From positions 10,971 through 74,970 of the forward strand of contig CBFGJV010000012.1 in assembly GCA_965649205.1 (NCBI GenBank): 64,000 nt of DNA, read 5' to 3'. The notes beneath the pieces are model-generated. The model was not told the origin of the DNA. It ran no database searches and saw only the letters and a program-made list of their open reading frames with translations. Positions 32,984 through 42,284 of this stretch are shown here, piece by piece (position 1 is the first letter of the stretch; each line of letters begins with the position of its first letter). Source of the DNA: a candidate division WOR-3 bacterium. Its GTDB lineage: Bacteria > Hydrothermota > Tepidihabitantia > Tepidihabitantales > Tepidihabitantaceae. The position numbers and the translations under genes are program-made.

Positions 32984-33901
32984 TCAGAACTGGTCGCAGG
33001 GAGTCCAGTAGAACCTGGGCCCGAAGACCGAGCGCACGGAAATTCCCGGAGCAAGAGGTTTGGCCATAAGGGTGCCGTAGCTTTTGCGACGGAACTGAAA
33101 TCTCTTTTCTGTATAAATACGCAGAAGGACTGGGTCCCATACGGCTAGGTCTACTATTACCTGGGGGCGACGATGCAGAAGCCGGGCAAGTATGCGCAGA
33201 TAAGCTTTGCGGTTGCGGCAGAGGATTTCGTCTATATAGAGGGTGCCCTGGAAGGCTTCGACCAAGGCATACCCATCCCGACAGGCTACCACAAAACCAG
33301 GGCCAGGTTTCCATATCTTCTTTAGCGCCTTGAGCCAGCCGGGATGGCGTACAGAAAAACCACATTTCCCAGCCGTAAGTTTTGAATGCAGTTTCTCTAC
33401 GCGCCGATAGTCCGGTTTGGAATATCTGGGTTTTATGGCGCGGGGACCACGGGGATAAAGTTTTAGAGCCCGGGGAGCCAGCTCGGTAGTAGGCAGGTCC
33501 TCATATCCGAGTTTCCGGTAAAGCTGCCAGGCAACAAACGAGCGGCTGGTGAAAAGAAAGGAAAATCGGCGACCCTGACCGCGATAAACATCTTCCACAT
33601 GGGCAAACAGCCGGGCCGCAACTCCCTGTCGGGAATAGGCAGGATGAGTAGCAACATGATGGATTCCCAAGGCCTGTTCTGTTTCGCCCGCACGGGTGCG
33701 AACAGGTATGTCCGCTACGCCTACGAAACCTGCGACAGTCCTGCCGTCAACCAGAGCGAACCCGTATGGGTCGCGGAAACGTAAGTCCGCCTTGCGGATT
33801 TCGGCTATACGGTCCGGGTGCGCCGGCCAGCCGAAAGTAGCTTCCATGAGTTGTAGAAATCCATTCGGATTGTTCAGGTCGTCGTACTTGACGATGTGCA
33901 C
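32984..33901 (-). CDS. GNAT-family acetyltransferase (Eis-like)
   Basis: VATHPAYSRQGVA acetyl-CoA motif and LYRKLGY; leaderless-type promoter TTGACC-N16-TACCCT 7 nt upstream. Confidence 0.85.
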   Translation of the reverse strand: MHIVKYDDLNNPNGFLQLMEATFGWPAHPDRIAEIRKADLRFRDPYGFALVDGRTVAGFVGVADIPVRTRAGETEQALGIHHVATHPAYSRQGVAARLFAHVEDVYRGQGRRFSFLFTSRSFVAWQLYRKLGYEDLPTTELAPRALKLYPRGPRAIKPRYSKPDYRRVEKLHSKLTAGKCGFSVRHPGWLKALKKIWKPGPGFVVACRDGYALVEAFQGTLYIDEILCRNRKAYLRILARLLHRRPQVIVDLAVWDPVLLRIYTEKRFQFRRKSYGTLMAKPLAPGISVRSVFGPRFYWTPCDQF

Positions 33902-34106
33902 AGAGACAAGGGTAGCAAAGCCATGAGTACGGTCAAGGGTGGATTACCCGACAGCGTTGACAAGTTTTGTCTGCGACCTAGAATCGCATGCGGAGAGCGG
34001 CATTATCTCGGCCTTTTGCTAGGCGGGGTAATACTGTCCACTGGCACAGAAGAGGTTTGTCCGTCGCTGTGTGCGACCAGCCTGACAGTGGAAAGGAGTA
34101 ATCAAT

Positions 34107-37100
34107 ATGAGAAGGTTGTTTTCCAATAAAGTCGGTGGCATGGTTGTTCTGTTGTACAGTGTGTTCGTATCCGGGGTAGTTATTGCTCAGCAGGGTTCGA
34201 CTGACTGGGCGCAGATAACTGCTCAGGCAGGGTGGCTGGCGCGAGAACGACCGGCCGTAGTCAGTTTTCGCGATTCCCTTTGGATAATGGGAGGTGTTGC
34301 CGGTACTACCCGTTTCAATGATGTATGGTGTTCTGCCGACGGAGTGAACTGGGTTCAGGCTCCGAATGCAGGCTGGTCGGGCAGGTATGGCCATGCCGCG
34401 GTAGTGTACAAAGGCAGGATATGGGTGCTGGGCGGGTTCAGCGGAGCATACCGAAGCGATGTGTGGTCTTCAGTTGATGGTCGAACCTGGATTCAGGATA
34501 CATCGCGGGCCAGCTGGTCGCCCCGCTATCATCATACGGTTGTAGTGTTGCGTGATACACTTTGGCTAATGGGTGGATACGACGGCACCAACTATCTGAA
34601 TGACGTCTGGTACTCTACCAATGGCAAGAACTGGACGCAGGCGACGGCTGCTGCCGGCTGGTCGGCACGGCGCTGGCACGCAACCTTGGCGTACGACAAT
34701 AGACTGTGGGTGCTGGGCGGTTCGGATACCAGCGGAACCTTGGGTGATGTCTGGTATTCCTCCAATGGTTCAGTATGGACGCGAGCCAGTGACGCGGCTT
34801 GGCCCAGACGTTCGCGGCTTGCGGCGGTAGTGTTTGATGGCAAGATGTGGGTACTGGGTGGGTTTGGTGGTATTACCTATCGGAACGATGTCTGGTATTC
34901 TACTGATGGTGCGGGCTGGACTCAGGTGACTAATGCGCCCTGGACAGCCCGGTATTTTCACGGTTCTGCCGTACATGCAGACAGAATGTGGGTGATGGCC
35001 GGTTTTGCCGAAGATACAACGCACAGGAACGACGTGTGGGCTTCGGCCGGGCGGGGACTTACGGTAGTGGTGCCTAACGGCGGAGAAACATGGTCCATAA
35101 ACAGCAATCAGACCATCAGATGGAGGAGCTACGGCTCTGGTATCGCCCGTTATCGGGTGCTCCTTTCCCGTGACGGTGGCTCTAACTATGCGGAAACAGT
35201 GGCTGTGAATATAACGCCACCGGAGACTACCTATCGTTGGAGGGTCACACCTCCGACTTCTGCCGCTTGCCGTATGCGCGTGCAGGCACTTTCAGCCACT
35301 AACGCACTGCTGGTGCAGGACATCAGTGACGCCAATTTTGCAATTGCCTCGCAGCAGCCATCGGTCTTTCGCCTGTCCAGCCCTCCGAACCGGGCCTGGG
35401 CCGGATCCAGACCTACCTTTGTCTGGTATGCCTCCACGGCTCTGGAGTCTTTACGTTATCAGTTGTACATAGACCGGATTCTGCGTAAGGACAGTATCAG
35501 AGATACTGTCTATACCTTGACTGGTGTCGGTTTGTCTGAGACGACTCACACCTGGTATGTGCGGGCGCTTACTTCTTCGGGTAGCTCTCGTTATTCGGCA
35601 GATACTTTCCTGGTCCGGATAGATAGTATGCCTCCCCGTACGTTCAGTCTTCGTTATCCTGAGGATAGCGTCTGGACTACTGGGGAGAGCTTGCTATTTG
35701 CCTGGCAGCCATCCGCAGATGTGCGTTCGGGATTGGCTTTTTACCAGTTGCTGATTGATGGAGAGGTGAATCGGGATAGCATTCCCTGGTCTGATACTGT
35801 CACTACTTGTAGAGGCATATTGTCGGATGGTTACCACAGCTGGGCGATACGAGCGGTGGATAGTGCAGGAAACTTTCGTAATTCCAGCCAGACCCGGACG
35901 GTATTTGTAGATGCCACACCTCCAGATACTTTCAGCCTGGCCGGCCCTGGGGACGATGACACTGTGTATGTGCAGCAACCTGTGCTGAGCTGGCATCCGA
36001 CACGCGACAGTGGTTCCGGGTTGGACCGGTATCAGTTGTGGCTGAACGGTGAGTTGAATCGAGATAGTATCTCGCCGTCTGACACAATGACAGTGCCCTC
36101 TCATCTTTTGCCTTATGGTAGTACGCATTCTTGGACCGTAAAAGCTATAGACCGTACCGGCTGGGTGCGAGAAGCCAACCAGGCTTGGACCCTTCATGTG
36201 GTGCAGGATACGGTTGCTCCTACGGTACCGACGTTGATTGCACCTCTTGATAGTTCTTTCGTCTCTGAGTCTTTGCCCAGATTCTGCTGGCATAGTTCAT
36301 TCGATCGGCTTAGTGGGGTGGACAATTACACCTTGGAGTACGCACCGAATCCGGCTTTTTCTAATTCGGTGAGAGTGGAGGTTTACGATACCATCTATCG
36401 GCTCCCGTACCGCCTGGCTGACACTACTTGGTATTGGCGGGTACAGGCCCTGGACCGGATGGGAAATGTCAGCGACTGGTCGGCGGTATGGCGGTTTGAG
36501 CTGGATACACGTTCCCCTTCTGTCCCTTCTCTTGTTCGACCTACAGGAGGGGTATGGAGCAATGTGCAGCGCACTGTATTTGAGTGGACCGCAGTGACGT
36601 TCGGCTTGCTCTCACCTGTGCGTTATATAGTGCAGATAGACACGACACCGAGCTTTTCCTCTCCGCTGGTGGATACTGCCGCCATCAATCAGGACACAAT
36701 AGCCCTGGCAGAGCGAACGCGTTATTACTGGCGCGTACGGGCATTTGACCTGGCCGGCAATCAGGGGGGTTGGTCCAGCGTGGACAGTTTTGGGTGCGAC
36801 TGGAAGAAGCCTACTACACCAGTTCTGGTTGCACCTGACAGCGGAGCGGCCCGTTCTGATTCTGTTGTGACTTTTGTCTGGCGTTCTGGACAGGACAGTG
36901 TGAGTGGAGTGAGACACTATCTGCTGCAGTATGCCAACGAACCGACATTTGCCAGACCGGTGAGTCGTGACTCTCTGGCGGATACGGTTTTTGTTTGTCC
37001 CGTTTTGGCAGATACTGTTTGGTACTGGCGAGTGCGGACAACTGACAGGGCCGGGAACCACAGTAACTGGTCTGCAGTATGGGTTTTTGAGAAGGACACC

Positions 37101-38000
37101 CGCGTGCCAGCTGTACCCTCTCTACTGGCACCAATTGGTGGCATATGGTTGAGGGATAGCGTGGTGGTGTTCAGATGGAGTGAGGTCAGCTCGGCAAGGG
37201 CTGGAAACGTTATACTTTCGCCAGTGCGTTACATTCTGCAGGTGGATACCAGTCGGTTGTTTTCTGCACCGGTTCTGGTGGATACGCAGCCGGTATCCAC
37301 GGACACGGTAAAGCTGGAGGCTAGCCGTTATTACTGGCGGGTGCGAGCATTTGACTTGGCCGGCAATAAAGGGAACTGGTCCGGTGTGGACAGTTTTGGG
37401 TGCGACTGGACGCCTCCGACGTTGCCGATGCCTTCCTGGCCACCGGATGATACCACTCTGGCAGACACGGTTTTCGGGTTTTTCTGGTATCCTGCGCAGG
37501 ACCGGCCCAGCGGGGTAGCGTATTATCAGTTCCAGCTGTCGCTTGATCCGATATTCGCGGTCCTGGTGCGAGATACGGTGGTTTTGGATACCAGCTACCG
37601 GATACGTCTGGTGGATACAGTATATTACTGGCGGGTGCGAGCTGCTGACCGAGCGGGCAACCGTAGCGTCTGGTCCTCTGTGCGCAAGTTGCGTACGCGG
37701 AGGATACCCGGAGTAAAGGAAGATCTCAGTCTGCCTGTTACTGCGCTGGAGCGCGTGAATCCTACTCTATTTCGCGATAGGCTGGAGGTAGAGTATGCGC
37801 TGGCGCGGGCCTCATTAGTACGACTGGTTCTGCACAATAGTCTTGGCAGGGAGATAGCGGTACTTGCAGCAGGTAGACAGGATGCCGGGACCTACCGGGT
37901 TTCCTGGCGTGGCGGTGCAGCAGTGCCGGCGGGGATTTATTTCGTGCGGCTTGATACTGAGGGCGTAACAGTAAGAAGAAAGGTGACGCGACTGCGGTAA
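34107..38000 (+). CDS. Secreted Kelch-repeat plus multiple FN3/Ig-like domain protein with T9SS-type CTD
   Basis: Six W..R..H....[FY]...[LM]W[VIL].GG...NDVW.S.DG..W repeats; repeated YWRVRA.D.AGN.S.WS modules; C-terminal PAGIYFVRL..KV. Confidence 0.85.
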   Translation: MRRLFSNKVGGMVVLLYSVFVSGVVIAQQGSTDWAQITAQAGWLARERPAVVSFRDSLWIMGGVAGTTRFNDVWCSADGVNWVQAPNAGWSGRYGHAAVVYKGRIWVLGGFSGAYRSDVWSSVDGRTWIQDTSRASWSPRYHHTVVVLRDTLWLMGGYDGTNYLNDVWYSTNGKNWTQATAAAGWSARRWHATLAYDNRLWVLGGSDTSGTLGDVWYSSNGSVWTRASDAAWPRRSRLAAVVFDGKMWVLGGFGGITYRNDVWYSTDGAGWTQVTNAPWTARYFHGSAVHADRMWVMAGFAEDTTHRNDVWASAGRGLTVVVPNGGETWSINSNQTIRWRSYGSGIARYRVLLSRDGGSNYAETVAVNITPPETTYRWRVTPPTSAACRMRVQALSATNALLVQDISDANFAIASQQPSVFRLSSPPNRAWAGSRPTFVWYASTALESLRYQLYIDRILRKDSIRDTVYTLTGVGLSETTHTWYVRALTSSGSSRYSADTFLVRIDSMPPRTFSLRYPEDSVWTTGESLLFAWQPSADVRSGLAFYQLLIDGEVNRDSIPWSDTVTTCRGILSDGYHSWAIRAVDSAGNFRNSSQTRTVFVDATPPDTFSLAGPGDDDTVYVQQPVLSWHPTRDSGSGLDRYQLWLNGELNRDSISPSDTMTVPSHLLPYGSTHSWTVKAIDRTGWVREANQAWTLHVVQDTVAPTVPTLIAPLDSSFVSESLPRFCWHSSFDRLSGVDNYTLEYAPNPAFSNSVRVEVYDTIYRLPYRLADTTWYWRVQALDRMGNVSDWSAVWRFELDTRSPSVPSLVRPTGGVWSNVQRTVFEWTAVTFGLLSPVRYIVQIDTTPSFSSPLVDTAAINQDTIALAERTRYYWRVRAFDLAGNQGGWSSVDSFGCDWKKPTTPVLVAPDSGAARSDSVVTFVWRSGQDSVSGVRHYLLQYANEPTFARPVSRDSLADTVFVCPVLADTVWYWRVRTTDRAGNHSNWSAVWVFEKDTRVPAVPSLLAPIGGIWLRDSVVVFRWSEVSSARAGNVILSPVRYILQVDTSRLFSAPVLVDTQPVSTDTVKLEASRYYWRVRAFDLAGNKGNWSGVDSFGCDWTPPTLPMPSWPPDDTTLADTVFGFFWYPAQDRPSGVAYYQFQLSLDPIFAVLVRDTVVLDTSYRIRLVDTVYYWRVRAADRAGNRSVWSSVRKLRTRRIPGVKEDLSLPVTALERVNPTLFRDRLEVEYALARASLVRLVLHNSLGREIAVLAAGRQDAGTYRVSWRGGAAVPAGIYFVRLDTEGVTVRRKVTRLR

Positions 38001-38036
38001 GACAAGCAGAACTGGTTTAGTTCTGAGCCGCGAGTA

Positions 38037-39467
38037 TCAGGGCCGAGACAGATAACTGCCAAGCAGTTGCTTCAGATTGGTATTGATGCGGCAGCGGGCA
38101 AGAGAGAAGGACTGCAGGACGCGGTCAATCTGAGTTTCGTTCATCCCTCGGAAGCAGCGGGCGTACAGGGAGTGCAGGAAGGCGCCGGTGAAGTTACTCA
38201 GTATGGACTGCTTGACAAAGAAACAAAATTGGTGGCGATCCACACCGGTTTCAGGAAGGCGGGAAAGAATTGTATCGGCGAGGTCTGCGGTCTTTTGCTG
38301 TACCGAGGTCTGCGGTTGATTTGCTACCCAGCAATCGGTACCTAGCTCGCGCTTAGCCGTAAGTATGGGAGCAACAGTTCTGGCGTAGTCCGAATCCGGA
38401 TCCACAGTGGCCAGTCCCATCATTCCCATATCTTTCCAAGTCCAGATGGTCCAGTGCACTTGTGCTTCTTCCAATACGGAAATTTGGTCAGCCAGCGCAC
38501 GCAAGCGATCAGGTACTTCTTCAGGGTTGCCGTCGAAGGCGGCACCAAATTCTCCTACCCAGAGTGGTACGCCATGCTGGCGACAGAAACGGGTGCCTTC
38601 CTGTTCCGCAAAATTGGCAGCAATCGTTTTCTTGTCCCAATAGGAGCCATTGAATTCCCCGGGATAGCGACCGATACCCAGACAAGGCTGGATATAGTTA
38701 TGGCCGGAATAGACCAGGTTCTTCGCAAACGGCGCGTCCATTCCGGAAAAGAGTACAGAGAACTTATCGCCCTCAAGAAATATGATGTGCTCTGCATCTA
38801 TTTTGCGGATCGCGTCTACCGTTCTCCGATAGAGCAGGTTGAGAGCTTCCCAGTTAGGCTTATAGGGAAAGCCGAAGAAGCCCCAAGGTGCGCCGGTTAC
38901 GGGTTCGTTCATTATGTTGTAACCGGCTACTACTGTTTCGGTTCGGTATCGACGAGCGAATTCCTCCCAGAGTGCAATGAAGCGATCTTGAAACTGCTTA
39001 TGCGACCAGAGGAGAGTCAGGCGGCCATAGTTGTCTGAATGCCAGTCTGGGTCTTGCCAACCGGGGACCGCGTGCAGGTCAAGGATGGCGTACAAGTTGT
39101 GTTTGCGGCACCAGGCTAATACCTGATTCAGTCGGTTGAATCCCTTTTCCAGCCAGACGCCAGGGGCCGCATCGTTTTCAAAGTGGCGATAATTCAGCGG
39201 CAGACGTACGACTGTGCACCCCAGTTCTTTCATCAGTCTGATATCTTCTTCGGCAAAGAAGTAATCGAGCAGTCGCTCCCAGAAAAACTCTGCCTTTAGG
39301 GGACCCAGTTCATCAGCCAGAGCGGCTCTAAGCCCGGATTCAAATCCGGGATAACCGTTGATGAAGTTTTCGCTGTTCATCCATCCGCCTACACCAAACC
39401 CGCGCAGGCGAATGCTCTTTCCTTCTGCGTTCACAATTTCTGTACCTCTGACTCTAAGCATGTCCAT
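38037..39467 (-). CDS. GH5 glycoside hydrolase (cytoplasmic)
   Basis: VRLPLNY, ILDLHAVPG, YNIMNEP and LWVGEFG motifs; SD before ATG 39467. Confidence 0.9.
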   Translation of the reverse strand: MDMLRVRGTEIVNAEGKSIRLRGFGVGGWMNSENFINGYPGFESGLRAALADELGPLKAEFFWERLLDYFFAEEDIRLMKELGCTVVRLPLNYRHFENDAAPGVWLEKGFNRLNQVLAWCRKHNLYAILDLHAVPGWQDPDWHSDNYGRLTLLWSHKQFQDRFIALWEEFARRYRTETVVAGYNIMNEPVTGAPWGFFGFPYKPNWEALNLLYRRTVDAIRKIDAEHIIFLEGDKFSVLFSGMDAPFAKNLVYSGHNYIQPCLGIGRYPGEFNGSYWDKKTIAANFAEQEGTRFCRQHGVPLWVGEFGAAFDGNPEEVPDRLRALADQISVLEEAQVHWTIWTWKDMGMMGLATVDPDSDYARTVAPILTAKRELGTDCWVANQPQTSVQQKTADLADTILSRLPETGVDRHQFCFFVKQSILSNFTGAFLHSLYARCFRGMNETQIDRVLQSFSLARCRINTNLKQLLGSYLSRP

Positions 39468-41010
39468 GAACTTCTCCTTGATATTGCTGACTGGTTTCAA
39501 CCAAAAGGGCGAATTCTTCCTTCAATTTCGGGTACAGCGCCTTGTAACGCTGATAATAAGCTTCGTAAGCATTGCGGTCTGGCCCTGGCAAGGTGGTGCC
39601 GGTTTCTTTAACAGTGTTTCTGCAGGCTTCCTGAGCTGTAGCATAGATTCCGGTTCCTATGCCAGCCAGCAGAGCCGCTCCAAAGGCTGCTCCCTGAGTG
39701 ATGTTCACAGTTACCACCTCTGCGGCAAAAACATCTGCCATTACCTGACGCCAGAGAGCAGAGCGGGAGCCGCCACCAGAGATTCGGATTTTACCGCAGG
39801 CCAGATTATGTTCGCATAGTAGCTCCAGGCAGTCACGCAGACTGAAGGTAACTCCTTCTATTACAGAACGGGTCAGGTGGGGCAGGGAATGGCGCAGAGA
39901 CAGACCGAAGAAAACGCCGCGAGCATGCGGATCAGGATGAGGACAGCGTTCCCCGGAAAGGTAGGGGAGAAAGAGCAAACCTTCGCTCCCGGCAGGGACA
40001 GAAGCAGCGGTTTCGGTCATAACTTCGTAGGGGTCCTTGTCTACGTGGGACCAAGATTTTGCTACTTTCCAGATGTTATCCCGCAGCCAGCGCAGGCTGC
40101 CTCCGGCAGAAAGGGTTACGCCCATCAGGTGCCAGCGGTTCGGAGCAGCATGACAATAGGCGTGCATCCTACCAGTCGGGTCCGGGCGGTAGCAGTTAGT
40201 GGCAGCAAATACTACTCCAGAGGTCCCGATGGTCACAGAGACAATGCCTTCGTCGACAATGCCCGTTCCAAGCGACTGGGCAGCTTGGTCCCCCGCTCCG
40301 GCAACAACCGGGGTTTTTGGCGCAAGGCCGGTCAATTCTGCGGCCTGCGAACTGATGTGGCCGACCAGCTCGTGGCATTCGTACACTTTTGGTAGCCACT
40401 CCCAAGGGATGTCAAGCACTTGAAGGATGTGCTCAGACCAGACGCGCCTGCCTGTGTCCAACAGGTTGGTTCCTGAGGCGTCGGCTACGTCAATGGCATA
40501 GTTCCCGGTGAGACGTAACCTGACGTAGTCTTTGGGTAATTGCAGGTGTCGTGCCTGCGCGTACACGTCGGGTTCGTTTTCTCGTACCCAGAGAATCTTG
40601 CCTGCGGTGAAACCGGTTAGGGCCGGTTTGCCGGTAATGTTGATGATGCGGGACAAACCGATCCGGCGGTTGATGTCGTCGCACTGTTTTGCGGTGCGCT
40701 GGTCGTTCCACATTATGCAAGGCCGTAATACGCGGTCGTTTTCGTCCAGGAGAACCAAGCCGTGCATCTGACCGGTTAGGCCGATACCGGCTATATGATT
40801 GGACTTAATACCGGATGCAGACAGCACTCGCCGAATGCTTTTGATGGTTGCCTGCCACCAGTCTTCCGGATTCTGCTCAGCCCAGCCAGGACGAGGTGTT
40901 GCCAGTGGGTACTCGCTTGTGTGTTCTGCGAGTACGGTGCCCTCGGGGTCTATCAGTACCGCCTTGGCACCGGTGGTGCCTATATCTATGCCGAGGAGAA
41001 GCGGTTTCAT
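39454..41010 (-). CDS. xylB: Xylulokinase (FGGY family)
   Basis: GIDIGTTG, GLTGQMHG, WNDQR, GAGDQAA and PYLSGER motifs. Confidence 0.92.
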   Translation of the reverse strand: MKPLLLGIDIGTTGAKAVLIDPEGTVLAEHTSEYPLATPRPGWAEQNPEDWWQATIKSIRRVLSASGIKSNHIAGIGLTGQMHGLVLLDENDRVLRPCIMWNDQRTAKQCDDINRRIGLSRIINITGKPALTGFTAGKILWVRENEPDVYAQARHLQLPKDYVRLRLTGNYAIDVADASGTNLLDTGRRVWSEHILQVLDIPWEWLPKVYECHELVGHISSQAAELTGLAPKTPVVAGAGDQAAQSLGTGIVDEGIVSVTIGTSGVVFAATNCYRPDPTGRMHAYCHAAPNRWHLMGVTLSAGGSLRWLRDNIWKVAKSWSHVDKDPYEVMTETAASVPAGSEGLLFLPYLSGERCPHPDPHARGVFFGLSLRHSLPHLTRSVIEGVTFSLRDCLELLCEHNLACGKIRISGGGSRSALWRQVMADVFAAEVVTVNITQGAAFGAALLAGIGTGIYATAQEACRNTVKETGTTLPGPDRNAYEAYYQRYKALYPKLKEEFALLVETSQQYQGEVHGHA

Positions 41011-42164
41011 GCTTCAGACCTTCCAGGTTTTTGTAGGGGGTGGAGTCTTTCGGGAAATCTGGCTCGCATCCGTACTAGGTATGCTTCCAGCCAGCCACAG
41101 GTCTTGTCAGGGTTATTGGTGGCGTACACGATAGCTTCGTGGTCTAGGCTGTTGATTCTGTCGTTTGCTGCTCGGATAGCGTCCATACTGATTTTCAGGG
41201 CAGTTTCTACCGGCATTCTTTCCGGGTTGATATCTATACCGAACCAGCCGCGATAGCCGTGCATCTTGAGTACATAGAGCAGAGCTTCTGTCTGCTCAGG
41301 GGAGACTACACCTACATTCAGGTCTTGGTCAAAATTGCCCAGAGGCTGGCTGTTCAGGTGCATGTGGTACAGGCGACCTTCTGACAGGGGCCACGAGTAA
41401 GCGTAAGGGAGGTCTTCATAAGCCATTAGAGCGTGACCAACTTCTGGGTTCATTCCGATGAGAGTGTGTCCCTCAGCGAGTATTTTTCTGTTGTCTTCGT
41501 GTTGGAGCAGCTTTTCGACTTGGTGGCAGAGAAGTATGCCTTCAGGCGTGGTACCGTAAATAATACGGCCGCGTGGTTCATAAGGTTTAGGTTCGAAGGC
41601 GATGCGTACGCCCGGCACTGCGTCCATGGCCTCGGCCAGCCCATGCACGAAGCGATCACGCATTGCCAGAAAATCTATGCCAAACGGGTTTTCGTAACCG
41701 TCGATACCCGGCCAAACTACGGCAAAATCGGTATGGAATTCTTGGTTCAGTCTCAGGGTGCGCTTCGTTATTTCAATTGCTTTCTGTCGGGCCTGTGGGA
41801 GCGGACTGGAAAGGGAACCCCAGGCGAAGTCTGGGTCGCGGAACAAGAGGGGCACAATAGTTACCAATTTGAAACCGGTTTCTTTGCAGAACTTCGCCCA
41901 GACGTCAGCATTGTCTTCGTTGATTTCGTTGGGATAGTGGGCTTCAAGACCTCCCAGTCCGTAGTCTTTGAGTTTAGCCGCAATATCTAGCCGCTGTCTT
42001 ATGTCCAGGTCTGGTTGGTACTTTTCGTGAAAGCGACTGTCTGGAGGAGAAAAAAACCAGATGCCAGCGGAGAATCTGAGTTCGAGGTGAAAATTTTGGA
42101 GGTGTTTTACCATTTCTTCTGCTGAGCGCCGTACCATTTGGGAACGCAGGTCAATTACTGGCAT
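41007..42164 (-). CDS. xylA: Xylose isomerase-family TIM barrel (divergent short type)
   Basis: WPGIDG, EPKPYEPR, NPEVGH and HLNSQ..FDQDL metal-binding motifs; directly upstream of xylB. Confidence 0.75.
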   Translation of the reverse strand: MPVIDLRSQMVRRSAEEMVKHLQNFHLELRFSAGIWFFSPPDSRFHEKYQPDLDIRQRLDIAAKLKDYGLGGLEAHYPNEINEDNADVWAKFCKETGFKLVTIVPLLFRDPDFAWGSLSSPLPQARQKAIEITKRTLRLNQEFHTDFAVVWPGIDGYENPFGIDFLAMRDRFVHGLAEAMDAVPGVRIAFEPKPYEPRGRIIYGTTPEGILLCHQVEKLLQHEDNRKILAEGHTLIGMNPEVGHALMAYEDLPYAYSWPLSEGRLYHMHLNSQPLGNFDQDLNVGVVSPEQTEALLYVLKMHGYRGWFGIDINPERMPVETALKISMDAIRAANDRINSLDHEAIVYATNNPDKTCGWLEAYLVRMRARFPERLHPLQKPGRSEA

Positions 42165-42237
42165 AGTTGCTCCTTTGGTTATGGTCCAAGATTACAACGT
42201 TTATGCGGTTGATGTCAATGGTAGCAAGGACGATAAA

Positions 42238-42269
42238 GAAAAGCAGGGCTTTTGCAGCCCTGCTTTTTC
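42238..42269. terminator. Rho-independent terminator (bidirectional-type)
   Basis: AAAAGCAGGGCT-TTTGC-AGCCCTGCTTTTT. Confidence 0.8.
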
Positions 42270-42284
42270 GTTTGAGCCTGCAAA

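Noticed and set aside
36720..37410. Near-identical 85-bp pair (36720-36804 and 37326-37410) as a possible DGR template/variable repeat
   Set aside because: Both copies are in-frame FN3 modules, the mismatches are not adenine-specific, and no reverse transcriptase is in the window; this is an ordinary domain duplication.
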